A DNA stretch of 64,000 bases from Macrostomum hystrix (GCA_950097015.1 CATNEN010000003.1:10912001-10976000), one strand, 5' to 3'. Positions 1 through 14,437 are shown, counted from the stretch's first letter. Translations and numbers: made by a program. The notes: generated by a model from the letters alone, not told the origin.

Positions 1-728
1 CATTCTTATCCCATCCAAACCATTCTTATCCCATCCGAACCATTCTTATCCCATCCGAACCATTCTTATCCCATCCGAACCATTCTTATCCCTTCCGAAC
101 CATTCTTATCCCATCCAAGCCATTCTTATCCCTTCCGAACCATTCTTATCCCATCCAAGCCATTCTTATCCCATCCTAACCATTCCTATCCCATCCAAAC
201 CATTCTTATCCCATCCGAACCATTCTTATCCCATCCGAACCATTCTTATCCCATCCAAACCATTCTTATCCCATCCAAACCATTCTTATCCCATCCGAAC
301 CATTCTTATCCCATCCGAACCATTCTTATCCCATCCGAACCATTCTTATCCCATCCGAACCATTCTTATCCCATCCGAACCATTCTTATCCCATCCGAAC
401 CATTCTTATCCCATCCGAACCATTCTTATCCCATCCGAACCATTCTTATCCCATCCAAACCATTCTTATCCCATCCGAACCATTCTTATCACATCCGAAC
501 CATTCTTATCCCATCCGAACCATTCTTATCCCATCCAAACCATTCTTATCCCATCCAAACCATTTTTATCACATCCGAACCATTCTTATCCCATCCGAAC
601 CATTCTTATCCCATCCGAACCATTCTTATCCCATCCGAACCATTCTTATCCCATCCTAACCATTCTTATCCCATCCGAACCATTCTTATCACATCCGAAC
701 CATTCTTATCCCATCCAAACCATTCTTA
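1..728. repeat. 20-bp minisatellite CATTCTTATCCCATCCGAAC (runs off the window start)
   Basis: Direct tandem array. Confidence 0.97.
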
Positions 729-1306
729 AGCCCATGGACTGAACAGCCAGAGCAGGGCTAGCTGCGTTAACAATATCTGCTTTCTGAAGGATTTGCTCAG
801 TTCTGCTTGGAGTTTTGCCTCAATTAATTTGTGCTCTGCTGTGACCAAGTAAAAGAAAGAGAATGCATTATTTTGTCCTTAGTGTCTATTGCTAGGCAAA
901 ATAGCCCCTCTCACTTATTCTCTTTTGTAGCTGCTCAAAGCTTGAGAAACACGAGTCTGAAGATTATTTACACGCGTTTCTGGCGTTCTCAGAATATCTT
1001 AACTTCGCATTTCACTTCAATAAAATTCTTTATAAGTGATGTGGCCCAGCTGATCTGTCACTTATATTGAATGACACAGGCCGTGTTGGTCAGTCAGAAA
1101 CACATTTGAGTTGAGTTGTGCTCAACTTGAGACTAATTTTATATCAATTCACGATATGAGCAACCATTCTTAAATTGCGTTGTTAAGTAATTCAATTCCT
1201 CTTTATTAATGCAAAATTACCATGTAATAGCGTGGAATCTGTGATAAATAAGATTCATTGAAATGTGCTTCAATTTTCCTTTTTTCTGTGCATGATAATC
1301 TTAATC

Positions 1307-3030
1307 GATCCTTCACTCTCTATCCGTCACTCTCTATCCGTCACTCTCCATCCGTCACTCTTTATCCTTCACTCTCTATCCGTCACTCTCCATCCGTCAC
1401 TCTCCATCCGTCACTCTTTATCCTTCACTCTCTATCCGTCACTCTCTATCCGTCACTCTCTATCCTTCACTCTCTATCCGTCACTCTCTATCCGTCACTC
1501 TCCATCCGTCACTCTCTATCCGTCACTCTATATCCGTCACTCTCTATCCGTCACTCTCTATCCGTCACTCACTATTCGTCACTCTCTATCCGTCACTCTC
1601 TATCCGTCTCTCTATATCCATCACTCTATATCTGTCACTCTATATCCGTCACTCTCTATCCGTCACTCTATATCCGTCACTCTCTATCCGTCACTCTATA
1701 TCCGTCACTCTCTATCCGTCACTCTATATCCATCACTCTCTATCCGTCACTCTCTATCCGTCACTCTCTATCCGTCAGTCTATATCCATCACTCTCTATC
1801 CGTCACTCTATTTCCGTCACTCTATATCCGTCACTCTATATCTGTCACTCTATATCCGTCACTCTCTATCCGTCACTCTATATCCGTCACTCTCTATCCG
1901 TCACTCTATATCCGTCACTCTCTATCCGTCACTCTATATCCATCACTCTCTATCCGTCACTCTCTATCCGTCACTCTCTATCCGTCAGTCTATATCCATC
2001 ACTCTCTATCCGTCACTCTATATCCGTCACTCTCCATCCTTCACTCTCTATCCGTCACTCTATATCCGTCACTCTATATCCGTCACTCTCTATCCATCAC
2101 TCTCTATCCGTCACTCTATATCCGTCACTCTATATCCGTCACTCTCCATCCGTCACTCTTTATCCTTCACTCTCTATCCGTCACTCTCCATCCGTCACTC
2201 TCTATCCGTCACTCTCTATCCGTCACTCTTTATCCTTCACTCTCTATCCGTCACTCTATATCCGTCACTCTCTATCCGTCACTCTCTATCCGTCACTCTC
2301 TATCCGTCTCTCTATATCCATCACTCTATATCTGTCACTCTATATCCGTCACTCTCTATCCGTCACTCTATATCCGTCACTCTCTATCCGTCACTCTATA
2401 TCCGTCACTCTCTATCCGTCACTCTATATCCATCACTCTCTATCCGTCACTCTCTATCCGTCACTCTCTATCCGTCAGTCTATATCCATCACTCTCTATC
2501 CGTCACTCTATTTCCGTCACTCTATATCCGTCACTCTATATCTGTCACTCTATATCCGTCACTCTCTATCCGTCACTCTATATCCGTCACTCTCTATCCG
2601 TCACTCTATATCCGTCACTCTCTATCCGTCACTCTATATCCATCACTCTCTATCCGTCACTCTCTATCCGTCACTCTCTATCCGTCAGTCTATATCCATC
2701 ACTCTCTATCCGTCACTCTATATCCGTCACTCTCCATCCTTCACTCTCTATCCGTCACTCTATATCCGTCACTCTATATCCGTCACTCTCTATCCATCAC
2801 TCTCTATCCGTCACTCTATATCCGTCACTCTATATCCGTCACTCTCCATCCGTCACTCTTTATCCTTCACTCTCTATCCGTCACTCTCCATCCGTCACTC
2901 TCTATCCGTCACTCTCTATCCGTCACTCTTTATCCTTCACTCTCTATCCGTCACTCTATATCCGTCACTCTCTATCCGTCACTCTCTATCCGTCACTCTC
3001 TATCTGTCACTCTATATCCGTCACTCTCTA
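1307..3030. repeat. 14-bp minisatellite TCCGTCACTCTCTA
   Basis: Direct tandem array. Confidence 0.97.
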
Positions 3031-3739
3031 TTCTTAGAGGGTAAAGGGTGTTATTTAGACTAGCACAACTGGCCAGAAAATGTGTCAATCATTTTTTTCT
3101 TCACATTTTCTAAAATCCAACTAGAATTTAATTTCCCTAAATTTTAGTCACCCAAAACGGATCTCAATTTCTCTATAAACCCCACTTCAAGTTGAGACCC
3201 TTGAAAGACAACGTATTTAATATTTTCCATTTTTACTACAAATTGTCTCCTACCATTTAAACTAATCGCTTTAACTTCGTTTTTTAGAATCTACTCGTTT
3301 GATCCAGAAATTAATGTCGATGTTATCGAAACTATTTTAGGATCGCGTTTTCAGCTACCCGATATCAACTGTGAATCTTAGAAAATATTACACGTATTCT
3401 ACTGTCAATTGTGACTGATTTATTAATTTTTCTATTATTCCAGAACTGCTTTAACAAAGAAACATACTTTGGTCAAAAGCAAGTATTAGTAAGAATGGGG
3501 ATTTTTACTTGTTATAGCTGATAGACTTCCTACAATGCTATTGCTACTGTGTGTTCGAGTCTATTTACCTTCCATATTCCGACTCAATCATTCAGTTTAG
3601 CCGACCTAGCAAAAATATATACTTTTTTCATCGTTTAGACATTCTACGAGTATTATAGCTATTTTAATACTGCTCTATGAGTACATGTCACTACTATTAT
3701 GAGCTATCTTCTCATTTCTGCTAAACATGTTGCATTCCC

Positions 3740-4210
3740 TCCTATCTAATCTCCTATCCTTAATCCTCTCTCCCCTCTTCTCTCCTCTCTCCCCTCTTCT
3801 CTCCCATCTCTTCACTTCTCTCCTCCCTCCTCTCTTGTCTCTCCTCTCTTTTCTCTCCTCTCTCCTCTCTCCTCTCTCCTATCTCCTCTCTTTTCTCTCC
3901 TCTCTCCTCTCTCCTCTCTCCCCTCTCTTCTCTCGTCTCTCCTCTCTCCTCTCTCCTCCTTTTCTGCCCTGACGAAGAATTTTTAATTCGAAATATCGAC
4001 AAAATTAAAATTAAAGTCAGCTTCAACTCTTTACCGCGTCAGTGCCTAGGATTGGAGGTGCTCTCCTCTCTCTCCCCCTCTCTCCCTCTCTCCCCTCTCT
4101 TTTCTCGTCTCTCCTATCTCCTATCTCTTCTCTTCTCTCTTCTCGTTTATCCTCCCTCCTCTCTCTTCTCTCTTCTCTCTTCTCTCTTCTCTCTTCTCTT
4201 ATCTCCTCTC
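3740..4210. repeat. Two CT-rich low-complexity tracts (about 3740-3965 and 4060-4210)
   Basis: Polypyrimidine simple repeats. Confidence 0.9.
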
Positions 4211-4926
4211 TACGCATTACTTCAGTCTGTAGAGTCTCTCTAGTCTCTTAAAATGAGCTCTAAGAAATGTCTCTTCAAGCCGTTCATATAGAAATGTTCT
4301 CAATTAGCTGAACAGTGATTGTACAGAATTAAACAGAGTTTGTATATTACTCAGATAGACATCTGGCTTAAACAAACAAACTTCATATTAAGCTTATTTT
4401 TGTTTCAAATGAACATACATTTTTTTCTCTTTCATTCTTAGTTATTTTTTCTGCTTACTAAACTAAGAGAGAGGAGCCACCCTTGCACCTCTCGGCATTT
4501 GATAATTAATGAGTTTAGCAATTTCAGCTGCAAACTATTTGTTGATATAGAGATTCAGGTGACAATCAGAACAGCGCAATTAAATTCATAGGAAACTCTC
4601 AGTGTGAGAACTGCCTCTCGCGCTACAGAAGGTATTTAAGTGTTTGGTAAAACGGGCGGCACTTTGAGCACAAGTTGGGTGAGCAAGGTGAGAATAGCTT
4701 CTAAAGCAGCGAGAACATTTATTTTGTTCATAAAAATGATATAAAACTCAGGCTAGTTTAACGACATTGTGAACAGACTTACTAGACTAATTAATGGAGA
4801 CTTTTAACAACTCTTTGTGAGTTTCTGCTCATACATTTTCAGCTCCCAAGGCCTCCGAAATGCTTAACCCGACATCTTGACCTCTCTGACTTAACACACA
4901 CCTCAGCTGACCACAAATCACCCCCT

Positions 4927-6728
4927 TTGTCACTTCACATCACTCTCTCCCTTGTCACACTCCTCACTCTCTCACTTGTCACACTCCTCACTCTCTCCCT
5001 TGTCACACTCCTCACTCTCTCACTTGTCACACTCCTCACTCTCTCACTTGTCACACTCCTCACTCTCTCCCTTGTCACACTCCTCACTCTCTCACTTGTC
5101 ACACTCCTCACTCTCTCACTTGTCACACTCCTCACTCTCTCACTTGTCACACTCCTCACTCTCTCCCTTGTCACACTCCTCACTCTCTCCCTTGTCACAC
5201 TCCTCACTCTCTCACTTGTCACACTCCTCACTCTCTCCCTTGTCACACTCCTCACTCTCTCACTTGTCACACTCCTCACTCTCTCCCTTGTCACACTCCT
5301 CACTCTCTCACTTGTCACACTCCTCACTCTCTCCCTTGTCACACTCCTCACTCTCTCCCTTGTCACACTCCTCACTCTCTCCCTTGTCACTCCCATCACT
5401 CTCTCCCTTGTCACTCCTATCACTCTCTCCCTTGTCACTCCTATCACTCTCTCCCTTGTCACTCCTATCACTCTCTCCCTTGTCACTCCCATCACTCTCT
5501 CCCTTGTCACTCCTATCACTCTCTCCCTTGTCACTCCTATCACTATCTCCCTTGTCACTCCCATCACTATCTCCCTTGTCACTCCCATCACTCTCTCCCT
5601 TGTCACTCCTATCACTCTCTCCCTTGTCACTCCTATCACTCTCTCCCTTGTCACTCCTATCACTCTCTCCCTTGTCACTCCTATCACTCTCTCCATTGTC
5701 ACTCCTATCACTCTCTCCCTTGTCACTCCTATCACTCTCTCCCTTGTCACTCCTATCACTCTCTCCCTTGTCACTCCCATCACTATCTCCCTTGTCACTC
5801 CCATCACTATCTCCATTGTCACTCCCATCACTATCTCCCTTGTCACTCCCATCACTATCTCCATTGTCACTCCCATCACTATCTCCCTTGTCACTCCTAT
5901 CACTCTCTCCCTTGTCACTCCTATCACTCTCTCCCTTGTCACTCCTATCACTCTCTCCCTTGTCACTCCCATCACTATCTCCCTTGTCACTCCCATCACT
6001 ATCTCCATTGTCACTCCCATCACTATCTCCCTTGTCACTCCCATCACTATCTCCATTGTCACTCCCATCACTATCTCCCTTGTCACTCCTATCACTCTCT
6101 CCCTTGTCACTCCTATCACTCTCTCCATTGTCACTCCTATCACTCTCTCCCTTGTCACTCCTATCACTCTCTCCCTTGTCACTCCTATCACTCTCTCCAT
6201 TGTCACTCCTATCACTCTCTCCCTTGTCACTCCTATCACTCTCTCCCTTGTCACTCCCATCACTATCTCCCTTGTCACTCCTATCACTCTCTCCCTTGTC
6301 ACTCCTATCACTCTCTCCCTTGTCACTCCCATCACTATCTCCCTTGTCACTCCCATCACTATCTCCCTTGTCACTCCCATCACTATCTCCCTTGTCCCTC
6401 TCATCACTATCTCCCTTGTCACTCCCATCACTATCTCCCTTGTCACTCCCATCACTATCTCCCTTGTCCCTCTCATCACTCTCTCCCTTGTCGCTCCCAT
6501 CACTATCTCCCTTGTCACTCCCATCACTCTCTCCCTTGTCACTCCCATCACTATCTCCCTTGTCACTCTCATCACTATCTCCATTGTCACTCCCATCACT
6601 ATCTCCATTGTCACTCCCATCACTATCTCCATTGTCACTCCCATCACTATCTCCCTTGTCACTCTCATCACTATCTCCCTTGTCACTCCAACCACTCTCT
6701 CCCTTGTCGCTCCCATCACTATCTCCCT
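4927..6728. repeat. 24-bp minisatellite CTTGTCACTCCTATCACTCTCTCC with a polar variant gradient
   Basis: Direct tandem array. Confidence 0.97.
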
Positions 6729-7257
6729 GAACAAGTCGGGTGAAAAAAATAGAATCGAAAAAGACAGAATGTCCTTCTTAGACCTTACAACGTACAGAAT
6801 AATTAGTTTTTTAGCGACAATATAAAATACATTTGTCCGAGTATATAAGCGAGTTGAGTTGAGTCTCTTTTCCTCTTCAAGCTCACCTTCTGTTTCTCGC
6901 GGTTCTTGTCTAGTTCGTAGAAAAAAAACCTACCCTACTTGCTCGAGCGTGCTTAACAATCTATTGGCCACCCATCTAGGCACGACTGTCGGGTCTTCTA
7001 TATTCTGAGCAAGGACTCTAGCTCGAGTGGGGTCTATTATACAGCAGTAAAACATTTATTGTAAGAGATGATATAACTTTTCTTCTACCGTCCGTCCAGA
7101 AGAAGCTGAACTGTTGTTTGACACTTTATTTTTCTATAATACAATATAGTGTTTATATTTCACCATTGATAAAAGAAATGATAGACAAATTTCATTTGCT
7201 TTTTAGTTTTCATTCTAGTCTCTTTTATTCCACTATTTTTAGATAGATTTTTTATTT

Positions 7258-7362
7258 GAGGTCGGGAGTTCGAAGCTCGGCACCGATAAGAACAGATTTT
7301 TTGACGCATTTTTAGCAAGAGGCTGTGGCGGGCCCCCCAGTCCATGGACTGAACAAGCCTTT
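7258..7362 (+). mobile_element. Deleted SINE (B box plus shared tail)
   Basis: GAGGTCGGGAGTTCGAAGC followed by CCCCCAGTCCATGGACTGAAC. Confidence 0.5.
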
Positions 7363-8074
7363 GAAAACTGCGACTGTATGTACATTTCAACTGTACATTT
7401 GGCCCCAATTGTAATAAGTGTCAATTCTATCTTATCCATTTGACAAAGCACTCACAGTGTCACAATGTTGGTGACAACAATGAAAGTGGTATCGTGACGA
7501 AAAACTGAAGCCTATAATCTCGTGAATGCTTTCAAACATCTTGAATTTCATTTTTCTGAGTCCTAGCTCTTAGATGAATTGCTAAATTTCTTCATGTCTT
7601 TAATTATCGAACTAACTTAATTATATGGTGTAACAGATTTTAATCTCTCTGTGTGCTCTCTCTGCATTTCTTTTCGCTTTTCCCGGCTTTTCTGAAGCCA
7701 GCGAGCATCAGCTGGCCAGAGGACACATCTGAGTTGGCCCAGATATGCTTCAGACCCAAAAAGCATGAAAAAATGATGCTTCAATTTTGAGACTTGATAT
7801 CACAAACACGTTAAACTCTCTCTCCTTTAGAATTTATACTCACTGTTGATGTTTCTTTTACATTTTGCTTCTTTGGATAAGAATGTAGCTTTATGTTTTT
7901 ATTTTTAAACGGAAACTTTGTCTTTCTACGACCTGTACTGTGACGTATGCCTCCGCTTTGATTGGTTAGCTATGAGGAAACGAAAACAGTCCCAAGCTTC
8001 ACTGCATTTCTCCACCTCTTGCTCAAAATCAAAGCGGAATACGAAGTAAATTCTAAAAATTCCATAAGTCATTA

Positions 8075-8570
8075 ACATTCACTCCGATTGGCTGCCCGGT
8101 TTAAATAGCCGGCACCCACCTCACTCCCACCATCAATGTACAGCATACTTTTTTTCCTGACCCAGGTCCTCATATATTTACTGTAGAAAACCTTTTTCTC
8201 GTTCCTCTTCACTTTCATTGGCTACCCGCTTAAAATGAACGACCCCACCCCACTTCCTTTCCGTCCGCTTACACCATCAATGTACACTATTATTGTTTTT
8301 CCAGTGCCACAGTCGTACTTATTTTTAGCGATATAAAACCTCGCTTCTCATTCCGCTTTACTCCCATTGGCTAACCGAATGGAATTACAGGCACCACCCC
8401 ACTCCCTTTCCCCACTGGCACAATCAATGTACACTATTATATTTTCTGGCCCTACAGTCGTCAATCATTTTTAGCTGTAGATGTAGAAAACCTCACTTCT
8501 CATTCCCCTTCACTCCCATTGGCTACCGGTAAAAACTACCGGCCCCCACCTCACTCCATCCACCACTTGA
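8075..8570. repeat. Diverged tandem repeat, unit about 140-150 bp, about 3.5 copies
   Basis: Recurring ATTGGCT, CACTCC, ATCAATGTACA and GAAAACCT blocks. Confidence 0.8.
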
Positions 8571-8594
8571 ATTAACGGATTATCTTAAACTTAC

Positions 8595-8954
8595 TGACAA
8601 CGATGACACTGCGATTATCTTTGGCGGCGTCCGTATTTCGAATGCCCTCGCACTCGTAGATGCCGTCCTGCTGTCGGCTGGCATTCAACAGTGTCAGACT
8701 GCCATTAACCAATGTCAGCAGTTTGTCCGTCCAGTTTTTGAACTGTTCCTGAAGGCTGCACTTGCCAGAGTCGGCGTGGCACAACGCCAGCTTGTCCCAG
8801 GAGGCGCCGTTGTTGACAGAGAAGCGCCAGAAGATGTAGGTGGCCGCTGGCTGGAATTCGCAGTAGATTGTCACCTGTCCGCCGGGTCGAACCTCCGAGT
8901 GCGGGCTGATGCTCATTTTTAGTTTCAGCGGCGGAGGCACTGATGCTGCCGAGA
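8595..8954 (-). CDS. Internal exon encoding one immunoglobulin-superfamily domain
   Basis: Acceptor ttttcag|TC, donor A|gtaagt; 360 nt, symmetric phase 1-1. Ig hallmarks: VTIYC, IFWR, GSLTLLN and DGIYEC. Confidence 0.85.
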
Positions 8955-9046
8955 CTGAAAATTAGAAAGTAGTTGAGGAGGTGAGGTGAAAATTAATTAA
9001 TTAATTGACTTGGTCTTTGAATCCGTTTCATATACTTTTTCAACTC

Positions 9047-9510
9047 GGTTTCACCTGGTCTATAGATAAGGTTTCACCTGGTCTTTAGATTAGGTTTTTC
9101 ATCTGGTCTTTAGATTAGGTTTTTCATCTGGTCTTTAGATTAGGTTTTTCATCTGGTCTTTAGATTAGGTTTCACCTGGTCTTTAGATTAGGTTTCACCT
9201 GGTCTTTAGATTAGGTTTCACCTGGTCTTTAGATTAGGTTTTTCATCTGGTCTTTAGATTAGGTTTCACCTGATCTTTAGATTCGGTTTCACCTGGTCTT
9301 TAGTTTGGGTTTCACCTGGTCTTTAGTTTGGGTTTCACCTGGTCTTTAGTTTGGGTTTCACCTGGTCTTTAGTTTGGGTTTCACCTGGTCTTTAGATTAG
9401 GTTTCATCTGGTCTTTAGATTAGGTTTCACCTGGTCTTTAGATTAGGTTTCACCTGGTCTTTAGATTAGGTTTTTCATCTGGTCTTTAGATTAGGTTTCA
9501 CCTGGTCTTG
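9047..9510. repeat. 23/25-bp minisatellite TAGGTTTCACCTGGTCTTTAGAT
   Basis: Direct tandem array in the intron upstream of the Ig exon. Confidence 0.95.
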
Positions 9511-10654
9511 AAGTCACACAATACCGTTCACCCAGCCCATCCTTTCTTGACAATTGAAGACAAAAACGCAAACCAAAACGTGAAAATCTTTTTTCTTGTT
9601 TCTCGATCTAGACAGAGAGGCTGTCAAAACAGATGAGCCAGTGCATACATACCTCTGACAAGGCCAGGAAGGCAATTTTGTAAATTGCTAGCATCAGGGG
9701 TCAAAGGACAGGTAATAATAGTGACTCCGAGTTTCCTCCAAAGAAGCCAATTTTGAAAGCAGGAAGCTTTTCATGTTATTATAACGAAAGGAAAATGATT
9801 TTAAGCCAATAATAGGGAACATATGGCTTGGATAGTATGCTAAAGTAACACTGAGGAAGCCGGTGAGGCATTCTTTGTTAGTTGGCGAGCTTCCAGCAGG
9901 ACAGGATGGGACAGATTTCGAGTTCCTCAATACCCAGCTGAAGCAATCAAGGTAATGACACCACACACACACACGCCCAGTCACCCAAACTCTACCTGCA
10001 CGCCATGTCGTGTCATAAAAACTTCTTTTTTTTTAAACGAAAGAAACTTCAGGTTTTTCCTTTTCTTAGTTTCTTTTCAGTTTTCTAATTCGCTTTACAA
10101 TACCCGCCTGCAAGTGTGGGAGCAATTTGTGAAATTATCAGCAGCAGCAGAAGCAGCAGCAGCAGTTCCATTGTTTGTAAAGGCCGAAAAGGCTTTCCGC
10201 AAAGGTCCACTAGAGGAAAAAGCTAATTGCAGCAAGTTGCATTGTAGAATCTTGCTAGTATAACATTGTATCGGGATCTGACGCTTGTGTAGTGTCTTGG
10301 GATTTTTCTTCAACTTCTGTGTAGGATAAATTTCCCTGGGGGAGAGAAAGGGGGATATTACAACTCGACTCCCACAGTATGTTGGTTACTGTGCCATGTC
10401 ATTCTTGTTTCCATAAAGACAAAGCCAATCAAATGTTTTGTTAAATTTTTTTTGTTTGCTTAAGCTTCTGTTAAGATCTGGAACGATCAGATAATCCGTT
10501 TGATGCTCCGCTTGGCTAGTTTTTTGGGAGAAAAGACTAATTTACTTCTATTCCCTAATTTCCCCTATTTCCCCTAGTTTTTGTTTTGACTATCTAACTT
10601 CCCTCGTGGTAAAGCCGTTGTTTAGATTGAAAAAGACAAAGACCACTGTGCAAA

Positions 10655-11885
10655 TGAGAGAGGGTAGAAGGATGAGAAAGAGGGAGTGGAGTAGAAGGGG
10701 TAGAAGGACGAGAGAAAGGGAGTGGAGTAGAAGGGGTAGAAGGACGAGAGAGAGGGAGTGGAGTAGAAGGGGTAGAAGGACGAGAGAGAGAGCGGAGTAG
10801 AAGGGGTAGAAGGATGAGAGAGAGAGCGGAGTAGAAGGGGTAGAAGGATGAGAGAGAGAGTGGAGTAGAAGGGGTAGAAGAATGAGAGAGGGTGTGGAGT
10901 AAAAGGGGTAGAAGGATGAGAGAGAGAGAGTGGAGTAGAAGGGGTAGAAGAATGAGAGAGGGTGTGGAGTAAAAGGGGTAGAAGGATGAGAGAGAGAGAG
11001 TGGAGTAGAAGGGGTAGAAGAATGAGAGAGGGAGTGGAGTAGAAGGGGTAGAAGGACGAGAGAGAGAGCGGAGTAGAAGGGGTAGAAGGATGAGAGAGAG
11101 AGTGGAGTAGAAGGGGTAGAAGGATGAGAGAGAGTGGAGTAGAAGGGGTAGAAGGATGAGAGAGGGTGTGGAGTAGAAGGGGTAGAAGGACGAGAGAGAG
11201 TGGAGTAGAAGGGGTAGAAGGACGAGAGAGTGGAGTAGAAGGGGTAGAAGGACGAGAGAGAGTGGAGTAGAAGGGGTAGAAGGACGAGAGGGTGTGGAGT
11301 AGAAGGGGTTGAAGGATGAGAGAGGGTGTGGAGTAAAAGGGGTAGAAGGATGAGAGAGAGAGAGTGGAGTAGAAGGGGTAGAAGAATGAGAGAGGGAGTG
11401 GAGTAGAAGGGGTAGAAGGACGAGAGAGAGAGCGGAGTAGAAGGGGTAGAAGGATGAGAGAGAGAGTGGAGTAGAAGGGGTAGAAGGATGAGAGAGAGTG
11501 GAGTAGAAGGGGTAGAAGGATGAGAGAGGGTGTGGAGTAGAAGGGGTAGAAGGACGAGAGAGAGTGGAGTAGAAGGGGTAGAAGGACGAGAGAGTGGAGT
11601 AGAAGGGGTAGAAGGACGAGAGAGTGGAGTAGAAGGGGTAGAAGGACGAGAGAGAGTGGAGTAGAAGGGGTAGAAGGACGAGAGGGAGTGGAGTAGAAGG
11701 GGTAGAAGGACGAGAGGGTGTGGAGTAGAAGGGGTTGAAGGATGAGAGAGGGTGTGGAGTAGAAGGGGTTGAAGGATGAGAGAGGGTGTGGAGTAGAAGG
11801 GGTTGAAGGATGAGAGAGAGAGTGGAGTAGAAGGGGTAGAAGGACGAGAGAGAGTGGAGTAGAAGGGGTAGAAGGATGAGAGGCA
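10655..11885. repeat. Purine-rich minisatellite, about 31-37 bp, GAGTGGAGTAGAAGGGGTAGAAGGATGAGA
   Basis: Direct tandem array with a variable (GA)n tract. Confidence 0.95.
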
Positions 11886-12564
11886 GGCAGAATGATTAGA
11901 CAGGATGAATCGAAGCTGTAGCTGTAGATACAATAGATAAACTAGTTGAAAGTAAACATTCTATCAAAGGCTTAACTGGGAAAATCTGCACCAATCAGTC
12001 GGATAGCCTAAATTCTTCCCCCGACCCCACTAATGAACCAGAATGAGAGCTGTTACGCAATCTGTCATCGTATAATTTTAGCCATCGAAATTTTAAATTT
12101 TCGATAATTACAGGCCCAACTAATAACAAGTATATAGGGCTTGGCAATATAAACCAAGCTAAACAAAGTTTACTTATAGTTGTTGGAATCCGTAGCTACA
12201 ACGCTGCTACAAATCCCAGTTTATGGGAATAGCCATTATATCTGCAGCTGTTTGTGCACTGGTGTTTATAGTGTCCCTAGGAACAGCACTTTCAGACTAA
12301 TTATCGTTGGTTCGTTGCAGGAACAGAATGGAAATAATTTAGGTAGTGAAAATTTGACTTTGTTAAAGAGATTAGCAGCTATAGTATTAGAGAAGAATGC
12401 TAAATGCTGATTCCTTTGGCAGTGAATAATTATTGCCTCTGTCGCGTTGGCGTAGTTTAGCGGCCCCGTTTTTAAATTATGAACGACCAGGCTAGCATCT
12501 TTTGACATATAAAAAGTTTTCAACTTGGTGGTCTGGTTTGCCTGTTGTAAAATTTGCTACAAAA

Positions 12565-14278
12565 TGGGGGAGGGAGAGATGGAGGAAGAGATGGAGGGAG
12601 AGATGGAGGGAGAGATAGAGAGAGATGGAGGGAGAGATAGAGAGAGATAGAGGAAGAGACGAAGGGAGAGATGGAGAGAGAGATGGAGGGAGAGATGGAG
12701 GGAGAGATGGAGGGAGAGATGGAGGGAGAGATGGAGAAGAGATGGAGGGAGAGATGGAGGGAGAGATGGAGGGAGAGATGGAGGGAGAGATGGAGGGAGA
12801 GATGGAGGGAGAGATGGAGGGAGAGATGGAGGGAGAGATAGAGAGAGAGATGGAGGGAGAGATAGAGAGAGATAGAGGAAGAGACGAAGGGAGAGATGGA
12901 GAGAGAGATGGAGGGAGAGATGGAGGGAGAGATGGAGGGAGAGATGGAGGGAGAGATGGAGAAGAGATGGAGGGAGAGATGGAGGGAGAGATGGAGGGAG
13001 AGATGGAGGGAGAGATGGAGGGAGAGATGGAGGGAGAGATGGAGGGAGAGATAGAGAGAGATAGAGGAAGAGACGAAGGGAGAGATGGAGAGAGAGATGG
13101 AGGGAGAGATGGAGGGAGAGATGGAGGGAGAGATGGAGGGAGAGATGGAGAAGAGATGGAGGGAGAGATGGAGGGAGAGATGGAGGGAGAGATGGAGGGA
13201 GAGATGGAGGGAGAGATGGAGGGAGAGATGGAGGGAGAGATGGAGGGAGAGATGGAGGGAGAGATGGAGGGAGAGATGGAGGGAGAGATGGAGGGAGAGA
13301 TGGAGGGAGAGATGGAGGGAGAGATCGAGGGAGAGATCGAGGGAGAGATGGAGGGAGAGATGGAGGGAGAGATGGAGGGAGAGATCGAGGGAGAGATCGA
13401 GGGAGAGATGGAGGGAGAGATGGAGGGAGAGATGGAGGGAGAGATGGAGGGAGAGATAGAGAGAGAGATGGAGGGAGAGATGGAGGGAGAGATGGAGGGA
13501 GAGATGGAGGGAGAGATGGAGGGAGAGATGGAGGGAGAGATGGAGGGAGAGATGGAGGGAGAGATGGAGGGAGAGATGGAGGGAGAGTTGGAGGGAGAGA
13601 TTGGGGAGAGATGGAGGGAGAGATGGAGGGAGAGATGGAGGGAGAGATGGAGGGAGAGATCGAGGGAGAGATCGAGGGAGAGATGGAGGGAGAGATGGAG
13701 GGAGAGATGGAGGGAGAGATGGAGGGAGAGATGGAGGGAGAGATGGAGGGAGAGATGGAGGGAGAGATGGAGGGAGAGATGGAGGGAGAGATGGAGGGAG
13801 AGATAGAGAGAGAGATGGAGGGAGAGATAGAGAGAGAGATGGAGGGAGAGATGGAGGGAGAGATGGAGGGAGAGATAGAGAGAGAGATGGAGGGAGAGAT
13901 AGAGAGAGATGGAGGAAGAGACGAAGGGAGAGATGGAGAGAGAGATGGAGGGAGAGATGGAGGGAGAGATGGAGGGAGAGATCGAGGGAGAGATGGAGGG
14001 AGAGATAGAGAGAGAGATGGAGGGAGAGATGGAGGGAGAGATGGAGGGAGAGATAGAGAGAGAGATGGAGGGAGAGATGGAGGGAGAGATGGAGGGAGAG
14101 ATGGAGGGAGAGATGGAGGGAGAGATGGAGGGAGAGATCGAGGGAGAGATCGAGGGAGAGATCGAGGGAGAGATTGGGGAGAGATAGAGGGAGAGATGGA
14201 GGGAGAGATGGAGGGAGAGATGGAGGGAGAGATGGAGGGAGAGATGGAGATGGAGAGATGGAGAGATGGAGACATGGA
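12565..14278. repeat. 12-bp repeat GGAGAGATGGAG
   Basis: Direct tandem array. Confidence 0.97.
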
Positions 14279-14437
14279 GGTGTGTACATCTTTACTGGCT
14301 TTCTGATCGTCAGGCAGGTACACTCTCACACTGTGCCTTGAAGCTTGGCCCTCAATTAGGGTCTAAATTGTTTCATCCACAAGCCGCTAACCGAATGTGG
14401 CCTCGCCGCGGATTCGAGCTCAGAACTCAGTGCCGAG
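14279..14437 (-). mobile_element. SINE family A fragment
   Basis: Diverged reverse-complement match; abuts the GGAGAGATGGAG array. Confidence 0.65.

Noticed and set aside
9652-9694. Signal-peptide exon (MLAIYKIAFLALSE|gtatgt) for the Ig exon
   Set aside because: It ends in phase 0, whereas the Ig exon acceptor requires phase 1.
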